From Vicugna vicugna (Eukaryota): a stretch of DNA of 64,000 bases. The notes under the pieces are model-generated. The model had not been told where the DNA came from. It worked only from the letters and a program-made list of their open reading frames with translations, and did not search any database. Positions within the stretch are counted from its first letter, which is position 1. The number at the start of each line of letters is the position of its first letter. This document shows positions 1 through 12,964 of this stretch, one piece after another. The stretch lies in contig MU058000.1 of assembly GCA_013265495.1 (NCBI GenBank), positions 2,666,001 to 2,730,000 of the forward strand. Direction: 5' to 3'. A program made the position numbers and the translations under genes.

Positions 1-471
1 ACCTGATAAACATATGTTCTCATAAAATCAATAGCTGACATATCACATCTTATGGTGACCTGTCAAAAAGGAAGAGCTACCATAAATCCAAGCATCTGTG
101 AAATGTAAATTTAGAGGGCATTAAAGCCTGTATAGTAATACAAAGCAGAGTCTAGTCAGAGTATATGGAAGATGGGAAGGATTTATGCACTAACTATAAA
201 CTTGAATACACTAAAAGTAAAGCATCAGATTAAAGTATCTTTTCCCCTCTACTTTTTTTTATTGTCTGCTACATTTTCTAAAGAAAAGCAAAAGACAATG
301 AACTGTGATTGTTTAGAGATTGAAATGGTTCTTCAAATCTTGGCTACCATTGGAGAATAAAAGGGAAAAATGTCTTTTTTCTTCCCTCAGGATCCAAGAT
401 CCAGAAAAACATTAGCTCCCTTCTTCTGCCTGCCAAGACTCAATGTCCTTCCTCCCCGTTAGAATCTACAG

Positions 472-509
472 AAACAAACAAACAAACAAACAAACAAACA
501 AAAACAAAC
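472..509 (+). repeat. (AAAC)n microsatellite
   Basis: Directly visible tandem AAAC units. Confidence 0.95.
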
Positions 510-569
510 TTACAATTGTCTGTCTCTTGGTGTTAATAGTTAAATATTTTATCACGGAGATGAGCATCT

Positions 570-1135
570 ACATTTCTGGGCTACTTGTCCCCAGAGTCCA
601 GCTTCTCCATACACATCATTCTAACAAAAGTGCTTTCAAATTCAGTGGTGCCTTGTTGTCAAATCCAATGTTCAGTTATTTATTTTCATACTGAAATTCT
701 ACACTCTCACATATTGTGGGCCAATTTATTTTTCCCCAGTATCCCTGTATTTTTGATGATTTCCTTTCTGATTTCTTCCTGTGAATCTGTTCCTCAGCTT
801 GCTCCTAAATGTCAGAATTCCTCAGGTTTCTTTTCTCAGCCCTTTAATCATTCTATGCATTTCCTTTGGATGATGTCACCCAAGTGTATGCCTTCTAGCA
901 CCAGCTGTGTTATCACCTGTGTGAGTGTTTATGACCCTAAGATCTATTCCCATCCCTAACTCTTCTCTTGAACTGCAGATACACATGCCTCCTGGCTGTT
1001 GTCAGTCAAATGCTCTGTAGATGTTTCCAACTCAGTGTCACCAGAGTCTAACATAAGATCTCATCCCCCAGCTCCTTCTCACCCTCCTGTATTCCCTGGC
1101 CCAGTAAGTGACTCATCCCTCTCCAGCCTTTCAAA
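570..1135 (+). mobile_element. Ancient LINE-2 (L2) fragment
   Basis: Pyrimidine-rich segment with L2-like motifs, e.g. cctaaatgtcagaattcctcagg, tcttgaactgcagatacac, cctcctgtattccctggcccagtaagtg; approximate ends. Confidence 0.65.
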
Positions 1136-4100
1136 GAAAGCTGTCTGGAACTTATATGTCACAAACTTTATGTTGAAGTTCCCCAACATTTGGCGCTCTC
1201 TCAGAAAAGCAGAACCAAGCTGTGTTCTGGGTCAACACTGGAGACGTGCAAGAGGCACAAAGTTCTCTGATAAAAGACACAGCTGCTCAAAACTTCCTGG
1301 GATTTGGCCTTGATGTAGAGGCTGCCAAGATCAACTTGGCAGCCCTTCTGCCCAAATGACCTCAAGTGAGGTACAAAGGAGCCGCCTAACAATAAAAATT
1401 CTTGCCAAGTCAAGAGATGTTTACTTTTCAAGGCAAATGCGAGGATGTCCTTAGAGTTCAGAGTTGCATTTCTCCAGGGCATCTGGGTACATTTAACTGG
1501 AAGTCTTTAGCAACCTGAACACCATAGAGACAGAAAGATTGACAAAGAAGGGAAGGCAGAATTGACTCATCATTCCCTAGAAAGTCTGCCTGTATAGCTG
1601 GCACCATGGGGAGTTCTTGCATACCTCTTGGAATGTGTTCCAAGGCTTAGAGATGAGATTTCCTGAATCTAACATGCCAGATGCCTAAAAACTATCTTAT
1701 CAGAATTTAAAGGCCTCTTCTTTAAGAAGGTAATAAGGTAAGAGGAGCAAGCGACTCTGAACTTGAGGGCTCATTTCAAGATGGTTCCCTTTCCTGTGGC
1801 CTTGCCCTTTCTGACACACCTGCCCTGACAGCTCCATGGCCCCTGCCATGCAGGAGCCATGCTGGGGGCTGACAATATGCTTTCCTTCTGCTTAGTTCTG
1901 GGGATTGAAAGGAAGGCAGCAGGTACACAGAATAAAGAGAGTTTTCTAGAATCCCAGACTTACTTGTTTGTTTTCCTATTTAGAAAGAAGTTCTAGAAAC
2001 TGTCTGTTTTCCTACATTACAGAGGTCCCAATCCCTGCCTGGATCAACCGTGGATCATTTAACGTCCTATACCGAACCCACAGCTGTGTTCAAAACTATC
2101 CCTAAGCGGAACTAAAAGTTTTAAAGTTCCTTTTAATTAAAAATCCAGATTTATAAATTATTTACTGATCAGAGATGATATTTACCAAGTTTAATGAGAG
2201 ATTTTGATCTTCAAATAGTAGTCTCCCATGAAGATGATTCATTATCTAACATTTTAAAGATTCCACTATTAATCGTATTATCACCAGACTATCATCTTTC
2301 ATCAGTCCCAAAATAAGAGCTAAGAGCAAGACCACTTAAAAAGCATGTTAATAACGACTTAGTATCAAAACTAGAAGGGCGCTTGGGCTATGCTAAGTAT
2401 TCAACATCTAGGCCGTGAAGGGAACTTCCAGGGAAGCTTTACGTACGAGCGGCTGGTCTACCTGCTTACGGTGACACCAATGTTGTCAGGTCCAATTACG
2501 GCACGCAATCCTGCCTGTCACTTAATTTTCCCTTTTGATGGAAGTATGGTTCTCATACCATTTGTTTCTACCACTGTGCTCAGACTCTGAGTCCAGGGGT
2601 TAAATTCCACTGCCTTCCCTTTTTAGAAGTAGTTTTACAAGGGACTTTTCTCCTATTACCACTTCTAAACACTTGTCCGTATTTATTTTATCCATGCGTT
2701 CAGCTATACTCCTCTTCCTGGGGTGGGAAGGGAAAAATAAAACCCAAAATGTGATACTTAATTAGTTCTGCATTCCTTCCAGTGTTATTCTGAACTTAAA
2801 ATACCATAAAAAGTAATTTCTTGTCAGAATGCGTTTTTATTGAATTTCCTCCTATGCTTAACTTCAGTGGCGATGCTTAGCTTCAGAGTCTTGCATCAGT
2901 GTCTACTCACTGGCACAAATTATTTGTATCACATTTCAGGAAAGCTCCCTTCCTTCCTTCGATCAGAGAATCAAATCGTAAGCCAGATCTTCACTTCTAG
3001 GGCTGTGCAAATAGATGCGCGCATTCCTGGTAAGTGAAACGTCCATTTCTTGTATCAGATGCAGTCCTCATTTCATTCCTTCACTTAGTTATAAAGAAGT
3101 GCAGGAAATTGTGTTTCTGGAGGATAACCTCTGTGGGGCTTTGATGATACGCTGCTTTGAAATACAGACCTCAGTAGGCTGTTCATAAACATCTGAATCT
3201 CCATAATTACTGCCAGAGAAGGGAAAACAAGATCCTGTTTATATAGCAGATCAAATAAATATTAAGTGCTTCTGAGACTGATACCGAGTTGTTTACAATT
3301 CATCAACCAGAACATTCACATCTTATGTCAATGGATCAATTCTGCTATTAAATAACATATCAAATTGCACTTAAATGCCTGCATTTTGTAAATATTTCAA
3401 AATAATCTTCTAAAACTAGATTAGAAATAATATGACTGATTGAGACCTAATAGGACGAGTCTGCTTTTCTGAGACTCACTTGTGCCTGAATTGTTATCAG
3501 TCAATTTTTACTTTTAAGACATTGTTAACTATGAGTATAAAAGGCAAAAACAACTACATGTTGTCAAAGTTTGTAGATAATCCCTTCACTGCTGGTTTGT
3601 CGAGAATAAGTATGTAGTACGTAGAAGCAGATGCTCTGGTTAATTGCCATGGATTACATGGCAATTGTGTTTAATTTACTCAATGAAATAGGTTAGTAAA
3701 CTCTTACTTTCTTGATTCAGAAGTCTGAGAATGTTTGAAGATACTCTGATAGTAATAGTGTAAAACTCAATTTCGAAAGCAAGTAAAAACAGGAATGTGT
3801 ATCTGACTTGACTAGACAAATATGTCAAATGTACACTATGATTTATGAGGGATCTGAAGGAATGGAAAGACAGTGTCCTCTCTGCCCTATGCAAAATGAT
3901 TGTAAAGATAAAAACTTCACAGAAAGGGAAGTACAAAGGAGCCATATAGCATAATGTAGAATCACATGGGCACCACATTTCATAGAAGAAAGAGAACTGT
4001 ATGCGGTCACTCAGAGCTGTCTTCTTTCACAATGGCTGTCAAGGATGGTAGGATTTGGGCAGGCAGAGAGGAAAGGAAAAAACATTCCTAATTGGAGGGA

Positions 4101-4599
4101 TTAATAAGCAAAGATCAAGCCTTGTACTTGGATGGCAGGAAGGGGACTGGAATAGAGAATGAGGAGACAAAACCATGGGTTCTACACTCTACTGCAAGAT
4201 TATGGAAGAGCTTTAATGTTACATCATTACCATACATTAAAAATAAGCATAAAATTCAACAAATGTTCGTTTTACTCTCGAACCATTACATTATATAATT
4301 TGAAAAATCAGAAGACAAACCAAACAAAAACACTTTAGCACATTGTTCTCTCTGCAGACTCTTGACTTAATAACTCCAGAAATGTGTATCTTAAATAGTC
4401 ACCTCCCTTCCTACTGCACTGTTGAACCCTCTTTGGCTCCCAATTCTTTCTCAGTCTGCCTGTCTTAACTATTTAGGAAACTGAATCAAGAATGAAGCGT
4501 TTTAAAGGGTTCCATGTTTTTTTTAGGCACCCAGGGCCACTGTTGCCCTAAGTTAGTTTGCGGGCTTCAAATAGCAAAATGCAAAGCCCTAAGTGTTTT

Positions 4600-4710
4600 C
4601 TTGGCCACTAGTTTCAGCCTCACCAGGGTTGCTTGGCAGAATGTAGATTTGGAACGGTGTCTCCAGAGATTTTGATTCAGGTAACCCAGTATGGAACCTA
4701 GGAAACCACT
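4600..4710. mobile_element. MER5-like hAT-Charlie DNA transposon relic
   Basis: ctccagagattttgattcaggtaacccagtatggaacctaggaa resembles the MER5A core. Confidence 0.45.
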
Positions 4711-5239
4711 TGAAGTCAAAATGAGACAGCCCACTTTTTCAACCACAGCCTTCTCTGTTGTGTCATTCTTTGTGCTCTAGAGTTGATTTACAAAAATGCA
4801 AGTGTGTTTTCATCACTGAGTTGGAAATTAGTTGCTATATCCCTTAGAAAAAGGAAAAAAGTCAAAATGATCATACTAATGAGTTTTAAGTTTGTTTAAG
4901 ATGTGATAGCAATATCTTGCTTGCCCCCTCAATGTCTGCCACGTGAGCAACCAATAGATATAAAAGCATCAAGTTAATGATTGCATCAATTAATTTATAT
5001 TTCTCCACATTAATATTTATGGCACTAAAAAAAAAAAATAAGGAAAAATGCTTGGTATCTCCATGCACTGAAACTCTTTTCCAGATGAAACAGCAGTCCC
5101 ACTGGCATCTGTTGAGAATCAAGTTTAAATCTTAGATCATCAGAGTGTTTTACAGATCAATAATACTTATCATGCTATCAGGCATAGTGAGATGATTGCC
5201 CTGGATTCACCTTTAAAAGAAGACAAAATAATATTATGA

Positions 5240-7681
5240 AAAGGAAAGTAATATGTTGGAGATCTCATGATGTTTAAGGAGAAAGTTATTTCACGGGAAA
5301 GCCTTTCCTACGTCCATTGCATTCATGGGCTTTGTCTCCACTAGGAATGCTCTCATTTGGGGAAAGCTGTTTCTTTTGATTGAGAGCTTAGCAATTTTCA
5401 CTACATTTGTAGCATTTATCTCCAATATGAATCTTCTGATGTTGCAAGGGATGAAATCTTAGTGAGAGATTTCCCACATTCATTATTTCCATGGAACTTT
5501 GCCTGCATAAATGCTCTGATGTTTAGTTTGACGTGAAGTGTGTTTAATGTGCTTTTCCATATGTCTCACATATGTGGGATTTATTTCTTATAGCAACTGT
5601 CTGCTTTGTAATAGAAATTGATCTGACTCTCAAATTGGTCTCATGTTTCCGAAGATTCCTTTTTTCTGGGGAATTGCAGTTTGCTTCAACTGCACGAGCA
5701 ATAAGCATATCCTCAGAATTCTCCTGATCTGGAGAACTCACCTGAATTTCCCCTAATGAGCGTTTCCCAGAAATGCCCTACTTTGATAATCATTTCTCAC
5801 TTCCAGAAAATTTCTCATTATGGAACAGAAGGATTACATTTAAATTTCAACTGAGATCTGAGGATGTAATAGATGTGGATTCCAAATTTAGATGCCAGAA
5901 CAAAATACAAATATTCAAAGCAAATAACATATTAATGTCTTCAAATTTATCAATGCCCCTCAATCATCTTAAAAATATATTAAAATGTCTCAGAAATCAT
6001 TTTGCTAATAGAAAACTCTTCTGGAGCCTCCTTCCCTCCAAAAGGAGAGTGTGGAGTATCTACCATCCCAGCTTAAGGCTGTTAATGAGAACCTTCAACG
6101 TAAGTATTAGGAAAATCAACATATGATCCTGCACTTGAGAGGACAATGACTGTGTAGTATTAGGCATCTGAAAAGAGACTTTAAGTGCAATTAAAAGCTC
6201 ATTTCAGATTTTTTTCAGAGAATGAGCAGAACAAGGGTGAGCCTTTGGGGTTTTCACCCAGGAAATAGAAGAATATTCCAAACTGAGAGAAAATTCTGAG
6301 GAAGTAGCAAGAGAGAAAATAAAGTTGTATATTGATCACCTCTCTTACATTTTTCATGATAAATACAGGTTCTGTGAATTTCGGATACGTCTCTTTTCAT
6401 CATCGGTTGCCACCAATCCCTTGTCCTGATTTGAAGATCAAATAAATTGGGAAAATGTACAAAGTCCGCTGAGCAGATTTTCTTTGGCTCTTCTTCCTGG
6501 GTGGATCCCATAGACAGATTTTAATGATGCTGTTTTAGAACTTGCCAACATACTTCTCTTTTCTGTGCTAGGTCTTACGATTTTGCTTTTAGAAAGGAAA
6601 TCCCAAGACATCCAAGAGGAAAAAAAAAAATCCCAAAATGTGATGCTACCCTTTTATCTTGGAAAACACAAGGTCAATGGTATGCTTATGGATTCTCAAC
6701 TCTGCCTGAAAATTGAAGACTTAAATGGTTCTGTGAAGACTATGGCCCTTGATCCCAGGGCTTGTTCAGTTCTTTTGACCTTTGAGGGCAGTGTGCAGAA
6801 TGAGTGTCCGTATCTGCCTATCTGCATCCTGTCTCCACCAGGTCAACTGGCAACATCCACCTAAATGTTCTTTCATTTTGGACTTGAAGAACAAAATTTT
6901 TTTTCTAATATATCTTTTTGAAACATAGGAAATAAGCCATACAATTTTCTAACCAAAGAGAACCTTCAACAGAACTTGTTTTCCTCTATTACAACAAATA
7001 CACGATTTTTTTTCTCTCAGGAAAGACACACAAAGTCTTGTAGTGCATTATTGAACAATAGTAAGAAATAGTCACAGTCTGTTAATTCCTTCTGTTTACA
7101 TTGAGCAAGGAGGAAATGAGTACATGTTGCTACCAAAGGATTTTCAGACTTAATGACCATTTTCTTTTTCTCTTTTCTCCGTAGGAAAAGTTGGCTTCTT
7201 GAAGGAATCTCTTTCTTCAGATTCATGGTCAAAACTTATGCTCATGGTATCCATGTACCCTCATTGCTCTTTATATGTTGTGACTTTATCTAAGCCTGGA
7301 CAGCCCTGGTCTGATGGTCAAAATCTGAAGGGTGATATGAATTTGAGAAATAGCCTAAAATTATAGTAATAGATATATGATATAGTGTTCCAAATTGCAC
7401 CTGATCTATTTGTTGAAATTAAGTTTGTGAAAACTAATCTCAGTGTATGCTCTACTGAATGAGTATCAGTGGTGTTACTGAGAGCAAAACCACTGAAGTC
7501 AGTACACATTTTCAAAGGCTAGACAACTTCCAAGGATTGAAAACTTGCCTAAGTATATTAAAATAGTGTTATTTGCCAGAGCTCTTTGAGGAGAATTTCT
7601 GGCTCTCTGGGTCATGGCCTTCCAAACAATGTGATCAGACCATCTTCTTACCTAAGCTTGGATCTGAGGAGATGGAGCCAT
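5240..7681 (-). pseudogene. Degenerate SCAN-domain C2H2 zinc-finger (ZSCAN-type) pseudogene
   Basis: Manual minus-strand translation with frameshifts gives SCAN-like pieces (LQWF..TDTHSVEHTLRLVF ~7430-7500; QILTIRPG/AVQA*IKSQHIKSNE ~7260-7328), a linker-exon-like ORF (MGSTQEEEPKK..) ending at a GTAAG donor at 6348, and about 4 decayed fingers at ~5250-5580 (CETYGKA/IKHTSRQTKHQSIYAGK; NECGKSLTKISSL/QHQKIHIGDKCYKCSENC; SGDKAHECNGRRKGF); many stops and frameshifts. Confidence 0.75.
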
Positions 7682-7812
7682 GTTCAAGGGCAGGTCTGCT
7701 GGACATGAAAACATGATCTCCATCAGAAAGATAATTACCTTTAAATTAAATTAGAAGATGACTTTGTCTACACTTATCAGTAGCATTATGAAATTCAGTT
7801 TTGTAAATTCAC

Positions 7813-8576
7813 TGTTAGTCAGGGTCCTCCAGAGAAACAACCAATGAGATGCTGTAAAAATTTCATGTGTCAACTTAAGTGTATAACAGGATGCCTAGAT
7901 GTCTGATTAACATTATTTCTAGCTGTGTCTGAAATCGGTTTACTTGCATCAGTAAAATGATTGAAGTGAATTGCCTCCCCAACGTGATGGGTATTACTCA
8001 ATCTGTTGAGGGCCTGAATAGAATGATAGGTGGAGGAAGGGGGGATCCTCTTTCCTTCTGCCTAACTACTTGAGCTGGAATGTGACTCTCCTCTTGCCCT
8101 CAGTGATCCTGGTTCTCAAGTCTTCAGACTCAAGCTGGAATCTGTATCATTATCTTTCTAGCTTTCAGACCTTCAAACTATACCACTGGCTTTCTTGAGT
8201 CTCCAGCTGGCTGAAGGCAGATTGTAGGACTTCTCAGCCTTCATGGTCACATGAGCCAATATCTTATAATAAAACTCTTTGTGTATGTGTATATATACAC
8301 ATGTACACAAACTTTTATATATATGTATAATGTTGTTAGATCAAGCTAGAGATTAGATAGAGCCAATGTCCCAGTTCTAGTCCAAAGGCTCAAAGGATGG
8401 AGAATTCCTTATTGTTCTAGAAGGTCTGTCTTTTTGTTCTATTCAAGCCTTTAACTGATTGGAAGTGTCCCACCCACATTACAGAGGGCAATCTGCTATA
8501 TCCAAAGTTCACTGATTTAAATGTTTATCTCATCCAAAAATACCCACCAAGCTGACACATAAAACTAGCCATCACA
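7813..8576. mobile_element. Composite MLT2 (ERVL) LTR sequence: minus-strand termini enclosing a plus-strand MLT2 body
   Basis: 7813-7850 is the reverse complement of the MLT2 3' end; ~7853-8330 is plus-strand MLT2 (ttcatgtgtcaactt.., caatctgttgagggcctgaataga, cttctcagccttcatggtcacatgagccaat); ~8360-8576 is a minus-strand MLT2 5' part ending ..gacacataaaactagccatcaca. Confidence 0.85.
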
Positions 8577-9884
8577 CTTACAGAGACAGAAGATTATCAT
8601 TAGAAAGAACATAAGAGAGCAGACTGCATGGCAAAAATTTAAGAGCAAACAACCAAAATTGCATGCACAGAACCTGTGGCTGTTATTAATTTTGTTTGTT
8701 AAAGTTTTTAATTGACTGATTATTAAAATCAATCAGTTCTAAAATTCTGAATGGTAAGGAGCTCAATGGCTATAAATAATATAAAAATTGGAAGAAAATA
8801 CATGAGATAACTTTCATTTTGTCAACACTGTGTTGTTTAGGAACTAATGATTCCATTTGCAAATTATCCAAAATGCTTTCTTTTTCTTTTCATCATCTAT
8901 TTTTTGAACACAGTAGACCTTATCTAAGGTTAACCTTGAGCTTACTGTCAGTCCTTTCTTATAAACGAGGAATTGGCTGAGACATTAAATTATAACCAAT
9001 TTTGCTATTGATTACTTTCATGTTATCTATGGATTTCAATTACCCACTCTTGAGTTTCCCTTTACATTGGTTAATTAGTGGTTTATGTAATACATAGAGA
9101 GTATAGAAAATGTTGAACTCCAGAAATCATTTGAAAATCAAAGAAACTCTAATGCTATCTCATGACTTAAATGTGCTATATAGCAAATCTGATTTTTAAA
9201 AGGCTAAGATGATTGGGAAAGAAAAGAAAGAGCTCCTGCACTTTCCATTTCCAGCAATATTCATTTATTTTCAATATAAAGTGTTTTTATGAACCATATT
9301 AGTATTGCAATAGGATATTAGATAGCCTAGAGGAGACAATTTTGATTTATACCTGAGTACTCACTTTGACTAATGTGTCCTTTTGGAACATTTGAGTAAA
9401 TCTTGAGAATAATAGATACTAATGCAAAAAGAGCCTATAAACCAATTTTTTTTTCTTATTTTCTTGGAGGCTTCTCTGTGCTGACTAAATCTTATAAGTG
9501 ATGGAATTTTTAGCTTTCTATTTCTTAACTGATGACATTTCCAGTTGTACCCATTAACTATTAGTTTATAATTTAATTATTAATTTTCAAATTATGCAAA
9601 ACATTTTCATAGTACAGAGGTAGTTATTTATTTCATTAATATGTCATGATAAAACTGCAGTCATAACAACAACAACTTATCTGGCATTCCCTGATAAATA
9701 AAACAGGGAAAATCACAAACCAAATTGTGCATGATTCCTTTTAAAATATATTTTGATTATTTTTGCTGGTTTTCAGGTAATATAAATATTTAGAAATTCA
9801 TATACAAAGGGACATATTTCAAAATCTAAATTTATTCCCAGATATTAACTAACTAGACAGACAAATCTCAACCATAATTAAAGA

Positions 9885-10050
9885 TTTTTTTAATAAAGTA
9901 TAGTTGATTTACAGTGTTGTGTTAGTTTTAGGTGCACAGCAAAGTGATTCAATTATAAACATATATATATTGAATACAGTTCCCTGTGCTATACAGTAGG
10001 TCTTTGATGTTTAGCTTTTTTATAAATAGTAGTGTGCATCTGTTAACACC
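9885..10050 (-). mobile_element. L1 3' terminal fragment (cetartiodactyl type) nested in the older L1
   Basis: T-tract followed by aagtatagttgatttacagtgttgtgttagtt..tacagttccctgtgctatacagtagg, the antisense L1 3' UTR. Confidence 0.85.
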
Positions 10051-10649
10051 GTCTCTCAGTAACTGATACAGCAAATAGACCCCTCAAAAATCGATACTGT
10101 TATAAGATATGTTAACAATAAACATCTTGACCTATTTAACATTTTAGAACATTACATCCAACCACTGAAGAATACACATTCTTTCCAAGTGCTGATGAAG
10201 CATTCCCTAAAAGGGATCATATGCTAGGCCATTCAATAAGTCTCAAAATTAACTTGGATATCAATGACATTGAGATATGAAAGGAGACAAGGGCATTTGA
10301 AATGTAATAACACATATACCTAAGTAACTGATGACACAATGATATCATAAGGCAAGTTTTGAATTGAAGGATAATCTAGATATGACATACACAGATTTTG
10401 GATACAGGTAAAGGAGTGCTTAAAGGGAAAGTAATAATTTAAAAATATTTACATTTGAAAAGAAAAAATAAGCATTAAAATAAATAAAATTTAAACTAAA
10501 AAAGAATATTAAAGCTAAAGTAAGTATAGGAAATCAAATAAAAGCAGAATTCAATGAAATTGATAGTAAACAATACGGAAAGTTAACAAAACTCACAATT
10601 CATTCTTTTGAAAAATTTAACAAATTAGTAACCCTAACAGATTGAATAA

Positions 10650-10755
10650 ACAAAGGAAAAGAAGGAAAGAGAAAAAAAGAAAAGAAAGAAGGAAGGAGGG
10701 AGGAAAGAAGCAGGAAAAAGGAAGGACAGAAGAAAGAAAAGGAAAGAAGAAAAAA
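10650..10755 (+). repeat. Purine-rich (GAA/GGAA) low-complexity tract
   Basis: Directly visible. Confidence 0.85.
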
Positions 10756-12964
10756 GTGTTACCAATATCAAGTGCGTAAGGAAATATCATTCATTATAGC
10801 ATCTACAGAAATGAAAGAAGAATAAGTAAATATTATGAACAACTTTATTCTAATTAATTCAACAATTCTAATGAAATGGACATTTTCTAAGGTATAAGTT
10901 GTCACAGCTAACTCAAGACAAAATCAATAATCTGAATAACTCCTATATGTTGAAGAAATGATTTGTGATCAATAATCTTCTGATGAAAAACACTCCAAGT
11001 CCGTATCATTTTTATTTGTAAGTTCTGTCAAACATTTAAGGGCAAAGTAATATCTATGATAAAAAAAAAAAGAGAGAAGGGGACACTTCACAACTTGTGT
11101 CTGTAGCTAGCATACTGCAACACCAAAAACTGACAAAGACGTCTAAGTACAGATCAATAGACCTGAATGCACAAACCTTTACAACAACTAGATTACAGTG
11201 AACTTCCGTTCTTGAAATAATATTGAAAAGTGATCTGTCTTCCTTTGATGAAGGTCCCTCAAGGTCTCGCTCCATATCTGATTAATCTCAGTAACCAATT
11301 AGCAGCCTTCCAAATCATAACAGGGAATTAATCCATACTGTCTCATTCATGTCATCTGATGGCACCTCTTTGAATGTATTGCTTTCATTTTCTTGCTTTC
11401 TCAGTACTTCAACTTTCTGCACTAAAATGACATCATTAAATCAGTTGGATCTTCCCAACTTTCAAGATCCCAGAGAGATAGGAAATGCTATTAATTTTAA
11501 CCAGACATGATTCTGATACATCACATGGCTCTTACTTTCTGGTTGTAGTATAATTATTCTTTTTGTTTCTCTGTCTAGAATTTAGGTTGACCTCCATGGG
11601 TTTAAATCATTTGTGTTCAGGCTGATTAAAGAATAAAGGTGATTCACCTTTAAACGATCTTCTATAAGTGATGATGATTAAGGAAGCTGACTCTAGCTAC
11701 CTTGGGACTCACATTTCTTTAGAAATGGAACAAAATTGTTGAGAATTATATCTTATTTTGCTGTGTATTATTTCTCTTTGGGTCAAATAAGCAGAGATAT
11801 TTGATTAGGAAATAAATATTATAGAATTATTTTCAGTTTTCACAAGAGTTAATTGCTCTCTTTCATAGAGCTGGAAACTCTTGGAGGATTTGAAGAGTTG
11901 CTGACACTCCCTTCACACAACACACATATGTACACAGATGAAACAAAATGCAGATAATTTCAGGCATCCTGAAGTCCATCCACGGAAGAGCCCAGAAGCT
12001 CAAAATAAGATGTATTTACCTAGGGCTTCCTTCCACATTTTGAAACACAAGTTAGTATTGGGTTTTTAAGGGGAATAAACTGTAAGGATTATATTTTCAA
12101 TGTAATTGAGTGGCTAAGTAACTTAAAAGCCAGTTTCTCAGTTTAATTAGGAAATATTTAGAACAATAAACCTAGAAAAATAACATTCTGATAGTAGATC
12201 TAGTTCAATCACAAGTTTGCTGTGTGGCCTTGTTCAACACATTCAAGACAGTTGCTGTAGTGTTAGTTTGGAAAAGCAGCAAAGACAATTCTCACACAAG
12301 GTTATTAGAAAAAATGATTTCAGGGCTCAAGTCCTAATCGTCAACAATTCCCCAGAAGAGCTGCTTTTGAGTTCACAGGTTGATTCCCAGAGAAGTTCCT
12401 TCAGAAACTTCCCTCAGAGGTGCAGACACATTGCATCACTGAAACAACAAGCTTGTGAAAGTGTAAACAAACAGAGCGAGGGCCCTTGGAATTTAAGACG
12501 CCCGATAGATTTATTTAACTTGTTTCAAACCCTATCCATACCCAAAGTACAACATTCTTTGATTGCATAATGAAAACATATTGGGACAGAACCTGAAGTT
12601 TACAATTGTAGAAAAAGACCTGAGGAAAATGTGACCCTGTAGTAGCGGCACCCACCCCCAGCATTCAGGGACGGAGCCATGACACGACTGTCTTCTACCA
12701 CAACATCCTGATGACCCTACAGTTGCCAGGTGCTTTTTCATAAGCTAGTCATTGAAATTCAGGAGGTGTGCCTGCTTAGATCCACATCGAGCATCTGAGG
12801 CTCTGTCAGGGGTTGCTTTCTAGATCCTTTCATTCTTTATTTTCTGAACAATATGGTGGGGCTGCCCATGCCTCTGCTTTTTGACCTATTCTGGTTAGGA
12901 AATCAAAAGTAAAATGATTTAGAAATAAGAGTGATTCACTCTTACTTATCTAAAGTGATTTCTG

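Larger units (their letters stand above)
9780..11225 (+). mobile_element. Old L1 (L1M-type) ORF2 fragment, endonuclease to start of RT region, decayed
   Basis: A-rich with L1 ORF2 motifs: agaatacacattctttccaagtgc, gatcatatgctaggcca, tattatgaacaactttat, atgaaatggaca, caaacatttaagg. Confidence 0.85.

Noticed and set aside
6540..6605. KRAB-B-like GFPF*KQ.. peptide within the pseudogene
   Set aside because: Similarity is too weak and I could not find a KRAB-A box; left unassigned.
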